Of a stretch of 64,000 nucleotides of DNA, positions 40,222-53,044 are shown one piece after another. The DNA is from Daphnia carinata. Its lineage: Eukaryota. A program made the position numbers and the translations under genes. The DNA lies in NCBI RefSeq assembly GCF_022539665.2, contig NC_081333.1, positions 4,030,001 through 4,094,000 of the forward strand, written 5' to 3'. Under the pieces are notes generated by a model that did not search any database, was not told the origin of the DNA, and saw nothing but the letters and a program-made list of their open reading frames with translations. How positions within the stretch are numbered: position 1 is the stretch's first letter; every line of letters starts with the position of its first letter.

Positions 40222-40807
40222 GACTGCTGGTGGAAAACTACTTTACCGTCTATGCCGAAGGTTATGTTGTGCCTATGAGCGAGAGACGAGCGCCCGACAA
40301 TCGTCTTTTTCCTAAGCGTTTCGATCGTCTAGTTACTTGGTTAGAAATTGTGATTTCTAGGCGTGCGCTTGAAGGGATAGAAATGTTGTCTGTTGTTTCT
40401 ATGTAACAGGTAACCTGTTATTTCTTTTCAGGATATACGTGTCCTTTGATACACTTTCCCTACCGAAAAACGGGTTTGTATCGCTCTTTAGGTATCTTTA
40501 TTCTTGCACTCCGTTCTTTAGGTTCAAACTGAACTCTACCTCCCAGCTTATCAGGCAAATGATAGGAGGGCGATGTTAAGTAAACGTTGAGATGGTAATA
40601 AAGTTCACCTGGACTGGCATTAACTGAATGTCCAATCATTTTGATGACCAAACAGACTAATTTGTGTGTAATTATAAATTGCATGACACTTTGAAAATAC
40701 AATTTAAAAATTAATATGTTCATCTGTTTAAATGTTAAACCCATCTATGGACTTAAAATTTTATTTTCTATGTTTAAAAATAGTTAATTTCACGTTAGTT
40801 TAGTCGA

Positions 40808-42941
40808 TCACTGAGAATTTTCGTGTTGTTCGACCACAATGTGGTAACGAAGCTTCTTCTTCCGCAAATAGCTATAGGAATTGTCAAACTCGAAAACGTC
40901 TAGGCAGCGGGAATGCAAATTAAACGTAAGCAATTAAAATTCTGGCTGAATTAAAACAATTGAAATTTACATTTTCCGGGTTGGTCGCAGCTTATTAAAC
41001 CTTCTTCCATCACCAGGTGACTGTCAACTCGACATTGAGGTACCAAATCGTCCGAATTATTTTTATTATTCTTGTTGTAGACCCGGTAGCTAATATCTCC
41101 ACCCTCCGTCATGAATTCCCATCTAATCGAAAGCTCATGAATTCAACTTTCCCGTTTTCATGCTGAGCGTGTTTTCGCGGGGCTTTTACCTGATGGAGGA
41201 ATAAATGACGTCAACATTGTATTCCAATTTCTTTTTGCCACCAATGCCAGCTGAAATGCTCAGCGTTTCCATGTAGTCCTTGGCAACAGGTGGGTTTTTG
41301 CGCAGATAGAAAAAACGTGGCACTTCACCTCCCAGGTTTAACTGTTTAGTGAAAAGCGATTTCAAATGTTTTTGCAAGAAAAAAAAAACCGGTTTTGAAA
41401 AATAAATAAATAATTACAAGTGAATTAGGTCAAATACCTTGCTGGGACATTTCGGATCACCATTAGGATCGGTCATGCTACCACCATAATAGGAGGGAAA
41501 TTGATCGCTATCAATTTCTTCTTGTAGAGCGGATATCCATTCCTTTTTGTTACTTCCAAAAATTTTGAATTTTGGCACGTCATTTTGCGCTAGTAAAGGT
41601 TTAATGAAGCTGAATAGCCAAGGGAACATGGACGGAGCTGGACGAGTGTTCAGTTTCATCAGTAAATGTTATAAGTAAAAGCTCAAAGGCACCCGAATTT
41701 ACTTACCGTTAATGATAAATACCCGGCGGAATTGATCAGGATAATTTACCAAATAATTTTGGATTAAAACGAGGATTGCTGCCCCCGCATTCATAAAAGA
41801 TCCGACTACAAATAATACATTTACAAAAGAAAAAACTTGATACTAAATATCAGTACATCATTGCAATGAGCATCACCTGGTTTGCTGGTCAAGTGCCGCA
41901 TCGAGAATTGATCGAGATCAATTATAAACGTTTGCTTCCTAGTTCGACAGCCAGTTCGATTATTCTCTTGCGCAATTACAACGACAAATGTCTCTAGCAT
42001 CCATGTCAAGAAATTATAATATTCTTTCTTCGTCATCGACGCTAATAATCCTGTTAATTTGAAGCCATTTTTTTTTAAAGGCGAATTTCATTTAATTTAT
42101 TAACGCCTTTTTACCTTTAAGGTCCATTTTTCCTAGCGCACATATGAATACTAAAAAAGGCCGAACGTTATTGACAAATATAATTTTTTAAAAATTATTT
42201 TAAGTTACCGGGACAGCCGAACGTATCGAGTCCAACGTGTCCCATAGAAAAATGTTGCTCAAGAACTTCACATGGTGTGTACGATTCCAGAATTACGTCA
42301 GCCCTGCTTGTCCGCCTCCATTCCAAAGACTTTTCGGGTTCGATTTCAAGTTAAATGAATGGTGGATTAATTAAAATAATAAAAAATGGAGACTTCCATA
42401 CCTGACGAAGCATTTTCTCGGCACGAGATACATCGAAATCTTGTGCTGCGCAATTCATACAAAGCGTTACTTAATAATTTTTGCCTATAACCATAAGCAA
42501 AAAGCACCTTACCAATTAACCATTTCACAAGGTATTCGTCACTAGAATCCTTCAGTTCGCAATCCTTCACTGCATTTCTAAACTAATGGAACACATCGAT
42601 CGCTCATAGGTCAAATAAAAAGCATTATTTTTTTCACTCACCTGTTGAATGGCGTTCTCAGCCTTGATTGGATCGTATCCCGTTTCTATAGTTAAAATAC
42701 AAACACGTCTAATCGTACATTCAATTTATGTTTTCAAGCTCATTCAAACAACTCACCCATGGACCGTTTCGGTTTGTAGGTGTTTTTGCAATCTGATCGC
42801 GCGTATTTAGGCACTTCACCTGCAAACTTGAAGTTCCCAAATTCCGTTTAATGATTTGTTCTTTCCTAAAAATTGTACTAACATTACCTTCTGGTCAAAC
42901 GATACCGGTTGAACAGGGCGAACAACGTCCGTGACCGACAT
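40808..42941 (-). CDS. SEC14L2-like: SEC14-like protein S5, with a two-exon N-terminal extension
   Basis: MSVTDVVRPVQPVSFDQK|FAGEVPKYARSDCKNTYKPKRSM|ETGYDP..QQ|FRNAVKDCEL..KWLI|AQDFD..|SLEWRR..|..KMDLKG|LLASMTKK..|..VNYPDQFRRVFIIN|APSMF..|LNLGGEVP|WEFMTEGGD|YVFEFDNSYSYLRKKK..SQ*. An alternative in-frame ATG lies at 42760. Confidence 0.9.
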
Positions 42942-43707
42942 ATTTTAGCTACTCGAGAAATTGAAAGGTTTTCACGTTTAATTTCGTAAACTTCGTTAGC
43001 GTCTTTTACTTTCTTATGAAAGTCAAGTGCCATTCCATGAATGTAAAAGTTTTTCAGAAAAATGAAGGCAAAATTATTAAAAATCAACATTGTGTGCCAA
43101 ATACTTACCTGTTGAAATAGCACCTCGAATTAATGAAGACACAATTTAGTTCCATGCTTACCGTTTTTGTCTTCCAAGTTCAACGAAGAATTGTGCACTA
43201 ACGGATAAGGGAGACTCGACTACAACGAGCCCGACGAACGCACGCACGTCTACTGACTTGATTTTTACATACTGTTAGATTTATATGTATTCCCGGTGAC
43301 TTTCTCTTTTATTTCAGATGTTACGAACACCCTATTTTCTGTCGTCCTTGAATTTTGCCTTTCTCTTCACGCCGAAGGCAAAGATTTTTTTTTCTACCAA
43401 TGAACAAGAACCATCTTGAAAAAAAAGCTGAGGACCGCTTTCTCTAGTTAGAGCAACATGTATAGACCTTACAAAAGTATGACGACGTTAACTAACGAGT
43501 CCTTTTCCTAAGGTCACCTTGCTTTTTTCTGTACTGGCCTCAATCTTTTGTTCAAATCCGCAAATGATTACCTTGTACTTTTAGCAGAGGTAAACAGCCG
43601 TATTAGCCTTGAAAAAAACTGGTTCCACTTCATTTAGGCAATTCAGTGGACATTGAATCTATTTTGGCCGCGCAACCAATTCAGTGGCAACACAAACGTT
43701 TCACTCG

Positions 43708-45644
43708 TTACACTTTCTCCGATGGCGAATGAACAGTGATGTGATAGCGGACCTTCTTTGATCTCAAGTAGCTAAAACTATTGTCGAATTCGAAGACGTC
43801 TGTTAAAACAAAAAATAGCCGTAATGACGCTTTAAAACAACATTATGAATCGATAAACTTACATTTTCCTGGTTGATCACAAGTCACTTGACCTTCTTCC
43901 ATCGCCAAGTGACTGTCCACCCGAACAAGTGGAACCAAATCTTCATTACTTTTCGAATCTTTGCTATAAATTCGGAACGAAGTATCACCGCCTTCCGTCA
44001 TAAACTGCCATCTATTCCAACAATCCTCTTTCAAGCTGATTTGGATGTTAATGGTATACCTGAATTACCTCATAATAGATTCAGGAACGTCGGCATTAAA
44101 TTTCAATTTCTTTTTTCCTCCAACGCCAGCCATGACGTTCAACGTCTCCATATAGTCCTTGGCAACGGGTCCGTTATTACTCAGGTAATAAATATGGGGC
44201 ACCTCTCCGCCCATGTTAAACTGCCGCGTTAAAGCCAAAGCGTTTCGTTATACCAGATATCTTGATTAAAGATTAATATATTAAGGCTTTACCTTGCTGG
44301 GACATTTCGGGTTGCCATCAGGATCAGTCAACGTCCCACCGTAAAAGGAAGGAAATTGATCTGCGTCAATTTCTTCTAGCAGAGCGGACAGCCATTCATT
44401 TTTGTCAGCAGAGAATATCTTGATTTTGGGGAAATCACTGGCTGGTATTAAAGGCTTGACCATGGCGAAGAGCATGGGGAAAATCCTGGGTGCTGTTTAA
44501 TGGCATAGTATAAAAATGAGCGCATTGTGAACCCAAGGTAAGATGTTATACACCATTAAACTCGTGTTACGATTTACCGTTGATGATAAATACCCGACGG
44601 AAAATGTTCGGGTAATTGGCCAAAAGTCGTTTAACTATGTCCAGTATGGTCTCAACAGCTTTAAAGTACATTATTTGATGAATCATAATGAGTATTTAAT
44701 GTTGTTCTGAGTTCGGTGGTTAAACGCTTACCTAGTTTGCTCGCTAATTGTTTCATGGAAAAGTGTTCAAAATCGAATATGAATATCATTTGAATTGTTC
44801 GTTTGCCTGTTCTTTCAATTTGTTTTTTAATAGCCAAAGCAATTGTTTCGAACAGCCACGTCACAAAATTGTTATATTCCTTGTTCGTCAAACATAATCG
44901 AAGACCTGGTTATCCAAAAAAACAGTCATTCACAAATCGTTCATTGTTTTCAATTTAATCTTTCTTCAAGTCTACCTTTTATGTCGATTCTCCCGAAAGC
45001 ACACGCAAAGACTGAACCCGTGAAATGTAGACATCATTGAAGACATGCACATGAACATTTTAGCGCACATGAAAGTAAAAAGTTTAATAACAAATTTCTA
45101 AGCCGATGCTTGTAATTAGAAAACCATCAATGTTAAAAATTATCTACTGACCAGGGCAATCGAATTTGTCGATTCCAACTTGTCCAAGTGAAAAATAATT
45201 TCTCAGGACTTCAATAGGTGTGTAGGTGTCGAGGATATCATCCGCTCCATTGACTCTCCGCCATTCTAAAGACTTTAACTTAATTGTTTAATATTTAGCC
45301 ATTGTTAACAGTAATCACATACCTGTCTCAACATGTCTTCAGCACGTGCTACGTTAAAATCCTGTACTATTTAATTGAAAATGAGCAAACTGTAGATTGT
45401 ATTCCATTTGTTAAAATTAAATCGTTTAAATTGTACTAACCAATCAGCCATTTGTGAAGATATTCATCACTAGAGTCTTTTAATTTTAATTCCTTCACAA
45501 TATTCCTAAACTGATTAAAAATTGTCACAAAAATAATTAGCTGCAGACGAAAAAACAGTTAATAGATGCTGTAAACAATTATTAGTGTCTGACCTTGTTA
45601 AGCTTGGCCTTCTGCTCGTCATTTAATAGCTTTAAATCGGTCAT
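43708..45644 (-). CDS. SEC14L2-like: SEC14-like protein S6
   Basis: MTDLKLLNDEQKAKLNK|FRNIVKEL..KWLI|VQDFNV..|SLEWRR..DKFDCP|..GRIDIKG|..|ANYPNIFRRVFIIN|APRIF..IDADQFPSFYGG|FNMGGEVP|WQFMTEGGD|YVFEFDNSFSYLRSKKV..SEKV*. Confidence 0.92.
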
Positions 45645-45983
45645 ACTAAATAACGTTGGACGGCTGCGCGTTCAAAAATATCAATCTCCTTAGACTTTGA
45701 AACAAAGTGAGAGTATGCCACAGGTGATTTTTGGTTAAAATATCGAATTAAATACATCTTATCTTTAATCTTTGGAACACAAAGTTAGATAAAAACAAAT
45801 GATGGACGAGTTTACAGTGCGTCATGACAGGAGATATCAAGGAAAATCCTTTGTTAATTTTATCTTTTGTCTATTGTGATCCCTACGGATGTAATATGTT
45901 CCGTACATAAATTGGCTATTAGACGAGAATTGTGCAAAATAATAAATAATTTCTCTGGTCACTGATAATATAAGTTAAAAAAA

Positions 45984-48098
45984 TTAGGCATTGGAATGCT
46001 GGAGCGCGATATGATAACGAACTTTTTTGCCACGCAAATAGCTGTGCGTGTTGTCGAATTCAAAAACGTCTGAATGAAACACAACAACCTTTTATGATAC
46101 ATAATCAGAAATAGGTATAGATCGAATAACTTACAGTTGCCAGGCTGATTGCAAATCACTTGACCCTCTTCCATCACCAAATGGCTGTCAACTCGACACG
46201 GTGGAATCAAATCGTTACGGCCTTTGGAATCTTTGCTATAAACCCGAAATCCAATATCGCCACCCTCCGTCATAAACTCCCAGCTATTTTGTAAGATTAC
46301 AAATGTCAACAAATATTTTTCACCTATCTAAATTACTGAACAAAAAAATTACCTGATCGCCGACCCCGCGATATCGACTTTAAATTTCAATTTCTTTCGG
46401 CCACTGCCGCCAGCCATGATGTTCACGGTTTCCATGTAATCCTTGGCCATAGGCGGTTTGTTACACAGGTAATAGGAATGAGGTACTTTACCTCCCATAA
46501 CAACCTATTTTTCGTCGGTGATAACATTTACTGGTATACAAAATAATGGTGAATAAATTAGCAGAGAATGCTTACCTTGCTAGGGCATTTTGGATCGCCA
46601 TCAGGATCGGTCATGGTGCCACCGTAATGGGCAGGAAGTTGATCCGCGTCAATTTCTTCCAGCAGAGCGGGCATCCATTCGTTCTTATTGTTACCAAATA
46701 GTTTGATTTTGAGAGCGTCGCATTCAGGAATAAATGATTTTGAAATAGAGTAAATCATCGCGAAATACGACGGTACTGTTTCCCGTGAATATTAAAAACA
46801 TCTATTCTCAGCAAGGACGTCTCGTTAAAACAAAACAATCAATTTTAATTATACAAACCGTTGATGATGAATATTCGTCGAGGATAATCTGGATAATATG
46901 CAGACATGAGCTTTGTGAATTCGATCGCAAAATCGATTCCTACACAAAGAGTTGGAGAACATTATAATTTTAAAAAAAAGCTCCAATTAACGTACCTGGC
47001 TTATATAGCACATCGTTCAGCTGTAACGCTTCCTGATCGAATATGAATGTACACTTGGAGATTGTTTTGCCAATTCGTTCACTGGCCACGCCAATTGCAC
47101 GGACATATTTTTCCGTCAACCAAATTAGAAAATTCTTAAACTCTTTCTTTGTGCTGCTTGAAAGAAGTCCTGTCGAATTAATAAAAAAGATGATATCGCT
47201 TTAATAATATAATAATTGCTAAAATTTGATTACCCCTCAGGTCCAGTCTTCCCGTAGTATGTATGAACACTGCATAATTAAATTCAATACAGCTATTAGC
47301 TTTTCCATGTTCATTTGCATATAGAACTGTTAGGGTACTGACCGGGACAGCCGAATTTATCAACTCCAACTTCACCTTCTGGAAAATACTTCTGGAAAAC
47401 TTCACTGGGCTTGAAGGTGTCCAAGATTTCGTCCACTCCATTCAAACGTCGCCATTCTAAAGTCTAGGAGTGCAAGGGAATTTTTATGTTACGTGCACAT
47501 TTTAATATAGTAATAGATTTTCGTACTTGTCGAAGCATTTGCTCTGCATGAGCTATATTCGATCCAGCTGAAACAACGACGTCATACATATTTTGTTTTT
47601 TACAGTTGAGAAATTAAATTCTATGGAATGCTCGTGTACCTGTTATCCATTTAAGAAGGAATTCATCTCGTGGGTCGTGTAGTTTGCAATCTCCAATAGC
47701 CATCCTTAACTAATCAAGGCAATAAATAAAACGTAATTGAATTAACCCTTAATTTGAGGAAATAATTGCTTGCTCTTCCGTTCAATCACCTGCCGAACAG
47801 CGTTTATCTCTTCCTTCGTCAGACCAGAATTTGATTCTGCAGCCACGAATAACATACCAGAAAGTAAAAAAAAAAACAAAAAAAACTATTGCCTTATGTC
47901 CTTAAATCATTTCAAATACCTTACCTCTGTGATGTGCGTCATAATTTCCATTACAATCTTGATGTTTGAAATCGTTCTTGTTGTAAAAAAACTAGAAATT
48001 TTTCACGCATGTACTAGAGCATTACGAGCATTACTTTTTTGTTTACATACCTCGTCAAACTTGCTTCGCTGAGTCATTTGGGTGTCCATGACCGACAT
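45984..48098 (-). CDS. SEC14L2-like: SEC14-like protein S7, with a two-exon N-terminal extension
   Basis: MSVMDTQMTQRSKFDE|FFYNKNDFKHQDCNGNYDAHHR|ESNSGLTKEEINAVRQ|LRMAIGDCKL..KWIT|AGSNIAHAEQMLRQ|TLEWRR..|..GRLDLRG|..|YYPDYPRRIFIIN|VPSYF..LPAHYGG|..|WEFMTEGGDIGF|YVFEFDNTHSYLRGKKV..SNA*. Confidence 0.9.
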
Positions 48099-48870
48099 AG
48101 AAGTGATGGGAGAAATTTGGTGATAGGAATCCAATGGGTTTTTTCCCTCGTTGAACAAGTTAACTTTCAAAATTTCTAACGTTTGCGTTCTAAAAACAAT
48201 AGACAATTAACTATTTAGAATTGAATGACAGCAATGAAGGGATTAAAAACGAATGCAAACGATAGCGTCTATTGTGAAACGATTAAATTCAAACACAAAT
48301 TCAGACGGTGCTGAACAAACGTGTGGTCTACAGTGGGGGTTGGAAACGAATGACGATGTCGGTCCACATGTCTGCTTCATTTTACCTTTTTCGCACTGCC
48401 TTGTCTTTGGCTTTACAAAATTATCACTGATGAAACGCCCCCTTTACCTACACGACCTTGACTTTTTTTCTTATGCCTTTCACTACATAACTTTAGAAAA
48501 GGGAAAGAAGCTCAATGGTGCGTGGGACAAATGACTGGGAGCGCTTATGCAACTTCTGCATTGAAAGAAATAGCACTCGTGACATTAGGAACCAAACAAC
48601 TGAGGTAGTTGCATTTTATGTAAATGTGTCAGACGTTCCAGTGTTTAATGTTTGAAAATCAAGGAGGATAATGCCAAGCTGTTTTATTTGTTGACTAATA
48701 GTGTACACAGCCTTCATGCAATATAATAGAAGCCAACACAAGCAGCATTTTGATAAACTTTATCGCCTTTAATTCCACCATAAGTTTTTTACCTGATTAT
48801 ATTCTTATATTTAACGATATTAAAATTAAGATATTAGATTTCTCTGTACATTTTGTTTTTCATAAAGCAT

Positions 48871-50983
48871 TTATAATGAGGGTGGGTCGACAATTACGTG
48901 GTAGAGAATTTTCTTCCCCCGTAGATAACTGAAAGAATTGTCAAATTCGAAAACATCTGCAAGGAAACAAAAACACATTAATATTAAATATTGTAACATT
49001 ACAATTTAAGCAATTTATTACAGTTTCCAGGTTGACGGCATTCTATTTGACCTTCCTCCATAATGAGATGACTGTCAACTCGCTCGTTTGGAATCAAATC
49101 GTCTTTATCTTTGGAATCTTTTTTATAGATTCGGAATCCCACGTCTCCTCCTTCGGTCATAAACTCCCATCTATGTTCGTGAACGATCGTTCCGCATTAA
49201 AATCACCGTCACAACTATAAAATCATTTACCTGATTGTTGAGCCAGCACTGTTAATTTCGAATCTGAGTTTCTTTTTGCCACCAGCCGTGATGTTCATCG
49301 TTGTCATGTAATCTTTGGGAACAGGTGTGTTGTTGCTCAAATAATAGGACTCGGGGACTTTACCTCCCATATTAAGCTATATTATACCAAGTGATAATCA
49401 TTACGGATATGCAAATAACCATTAACCAATGAGCCTGGAACACCTTACCTTGCTGGGGCATGTTGGATCGCCATCGGGATCGGTCATTGTGCCACCGTAA
49501 TGGGCAGGAAGTTGATCAGCGTCAATTTCTTCTAGCAGAGCGGGCAACCATTCATTCTTATTAGTACCGAATATTTTAATTTTGGGGACGTCGCTTTCGT
49601 GTAGAAAGGGCTTTGCCATGGTGACGGCTATTGAAAAATATGACGGTGCTTCGAAATTCCGTTAAATAAGATCAGCAATATGTAAAAACACAAAATTAAT
49701 CCATTTCGTTTAGAAATTCAAATTTGTAAATCTTTATGGATGAGATACCATTAATGATGAACAATCGACGAGAACTGTCCGGATAGTGGGTAAACATGAG
49801 CCTGCAGTTTTCGAGGAAGTGATCCAGCACTGTTGAAAAAAAATCGGGTAAATTAGGCGTGAAATTATACGTACTTTGGGTAATGAGGATTCAATAATTG
49901 CACGTACAGCTTTTTTTGGCCAACTGCTTCAGAGTCGTACATTCATAGTCAAAAATATACGTCGACCTTGTGATTTGGCTACCCGTTCGTTCCGTTTCTA
50001 TTTTAGTCGCGCGGACATAACTTTCCAACATCCACAAAGAATAATCTGAAAGTTCCTTTTTTGTACTACTTAACATTAGTCCTATATCAACAGAAGAGAT
50101 TTTATTAGTTGTCTCACGATACTGTGTAAGAGGCTCCAGGTTTTACCTGAAAAATCAAATCTACCGAAGGCGTGCACAAAAACTTCAAAGAAAAAACAAA
50201 TCGATATTCAAAAGATATTGCAAAAACACTTTTGCTTTAAAGTTTATACTTACGGGGGCAACCAAACTTGTCTACTCCGATTTGTCCGAAAGGGAAGTAC
50301 TTTTTAAAAACTTCCCTAGGAAAGTGCGTTTCCAAAATATCGTCAACTTCATTAATTCGCCGCCATTCCAAAGTCTTGGAGTTTCATAATTAAACAGCAA
50401 AGTATTGTACAAATGTATGCATGAAATTGAATGGATTTTTACATACATGCCTCAGCATCTTCTCGGCCCGAGTCACATCGAATCCGAAAACTACAGAACA
50501 CGAAAGTTTAGCGCGCATTAGGAAAATGAATGAAGGTGTTCTTACCGAACAGCCATTTAAGGATATATACATCCCGAGAATCATGCAACTTGCAATCACT
50601 AACGGCATTTCGCAGCTATTAAAACGTAATTAAGACAGAAATATTATTGATTAAGGCAATGTTAGCTAAAAAGAACTTAGATCTTGCCTGTTGGATGGCA
50701 CTTTTGTGTTTTTCGATTTCAGGTGTCTCATCTGGATTTAAATTCAAAAGAATGATAAAATTTTAATTATTTAAGCGATTTCTATTTGATTCTACCAATG
50801 AAGAATGAGCAGTAGTTGCCGTTGGAATCCTGCGACTTTATCTCTTTGCCTGTAAATTTACGCTAATGAAATTTGGGTTAAAGATGACATTATTCATCGT
50901 ATAACATTTAACTTAAAAAATACCTGGTCAGTCGTAGTCTTTTGTTGCATGGGGTGAAAGGGTGGGCTGTTTATGACCGACAT
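48871..50983 (-). CDS. SEC14L2-like: SEC14-like protein S8, with a two-exon N-terminal extension and one GC-AG intron
   Basis: MSVINSPPFHPMQQKTTTDQ|RKFTGKEIKSQDSNGNYCSFFI|DETPEIEKHKSAIQQ|LRNAVSDCKL..KWLF|VFGFDV..|TLEWRR..|..GRFDFSG|..|HYPDSSRRLFIIN|APSYF..LPAHYGG|..|WEFMTEGGDVGF|YVFEFDNSFSYLRGKK..PPSL*. Confidence 0.9.
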
Positions 50984-53044
50984 TTCAATGCAAAAAATTC
51001 GCGCTGTTCTGTAGAAATGTTTAAGAAAAGTAACAAAATTTCAAGTGGAGTAAGCACAATAAATTTAAGTATTAAAGGCAATGTACTTACAGAAACGTAG
51101 TTGTTCAAAGTACCAGGGAAGACTGAAAACGTGATTAACAAAAAGAATGGCTGCTAACAAACAAATGCTGACCCACCCCCGTGTGTGGTAAACAAGCATA
51201 TTCGGTTTTCTTTCTATCATTTCGAAAGTTTTGACCTAAACAAATCCCTTTTCACATTAGACCTTGGGATGTATTTCCAAAACTAAAAAGGTGAAAATAG
51301 TAGAACGAGCCATAGGTCTCCAAAAACTGGTTCTCTTTTACAACTAGATCATTTACAAGTTAGCGCCAGTAAGCAACGAGTCTTAAGGGCTTAGTAAACT
51401 CCTTTAAACTATATGCTTTGCTCCTAAGTGCGCTGTTTTAAACGGGAAATTACGGTTCGTTCGGAACAGAAGCGAAAAGATTCTAAAGTTAACAGAAATC
51501 TACGCGCGATCCTAATGTAACAAAAACCTCGTGATTTTTCGTTTGATTATTAAACAGCCGTATGAGTTGCAAATCCGGTTTGTTATCACTGCTATTAAAG
51601 TATAGCGAATATGGAGTAATACATATGCAATTAAGCGCAGCTACCTGGCATTTCTCCATGAATAAAGCAGCTGTCGGCGTGACGGACTGGAATTCAATCA
51701 TTCCCTCTTAGTGGTATTGAGGAAGATGTGAAAACCTATGACGCACCCCGATGTCATAAACTCCCGTTTTCTTTACAAGAATTTTTTTATTAAACCAATT
51801 CTCTTTGGTTAACATGTCGAAATGTTACCCAAACGTAAAAATGTTTTTCTTCCTTCTACGTCACATACCAGAAAACCGTAGCAATGTAGGCTATCCCTTT
51901 TCATGAAAATACAATAGCGAACGATTAAACCTGCTTGGTTTTTTTTTTCACGCACGAACATGAGTGGAGTTTACTTGTAAGTAAAATTGAAAGTACAAAA
52001 TGAAATTGAGGTCGTAACTACAAAGCCACACGAGTTTCTAACCGGTCCGCCATCCAGAACCGCCACAAGTGTCAAGCAACCCTTCACGACGATATGTAAG
52101 TCACACAAAACACGAAACGCTGGGGTAAATCGGGACGTTTTGAAATCACGATATTTAGAGGGTTGAGAAACGTTTTTGAACGATGACTAAATTACCTACC
52201 CGATTTAGAAATCGTTGATAAGAAAACGAAATTCAGACTTCCTTATTGACTCATTTTCGCATTGCCTTGATGCCCTTGGAAATGTCAACGCTTTTACGTG
52301 CCTAATGCGTCCGTTGCATTGGAGAAATGCTTAGTAGGTAGGTTCCAACCAAATAGGATTATCAACCGGTCCTGTTTATTAGGCGTCCATGTCTGCGCGA
52401 AAACGGTTCGTGATAGTCTTTAGATCAAAAAGGAGAACATGCACATAAAGACTTGTGTAAGTGGAGGTTTGCACAGGATTTTGGCTAGAAAACCGTTATG
52501 CGATCATACAAAAACAAAGTCCTGAGTATTCCAATTCAAGAAACAAAGGATGGCATTAAATATAAATCTTAATGTATCATTGTGGATCACATGCTTGTCA
52601 CGCTACCTGTTGATACTGGCGTAATGGCACCTCAATCTCAATCTCAATGCACAGCTGGAGGATGTCTGACCTTGCTCTGAGAACCGAGCTGTGAATACTA
52701 GAATTAATAGCTTTCCATACTACTTTAGCAAGAGCTAAGGGTATGGGAAAGAAAACGGGCATGTCCAACCTTGCGAAAAATATTACCAAAAAATCAGGGG
52801 TAATGGTAAGAAAACCATTGGAAATGGGCGTTTTGTTTTTACATTTCCTCGACTCTTTTCTTTTTATTCAAATTCAGTAGAAACTTGACCGAGAGTGAGC
52901 TTGCCATTTGTTTATTTATTTATAAACAATTTAACATGGACTTTGAGCTGAAATAGGATATCGTCAAGTCATGGCACAGTTTGATAACAAGTAAACGTTG
53001 CAGCTGTGTGGAGTCACCACTGAGCAATAAAAAACACTGGACGA

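Noticed and set aside
40808..50983. S5-S8 as pseudogenes because of motif divergence
   Set aside because: The exons I traced splice in frame with no internal stops, and the GOLD motifs are intact.
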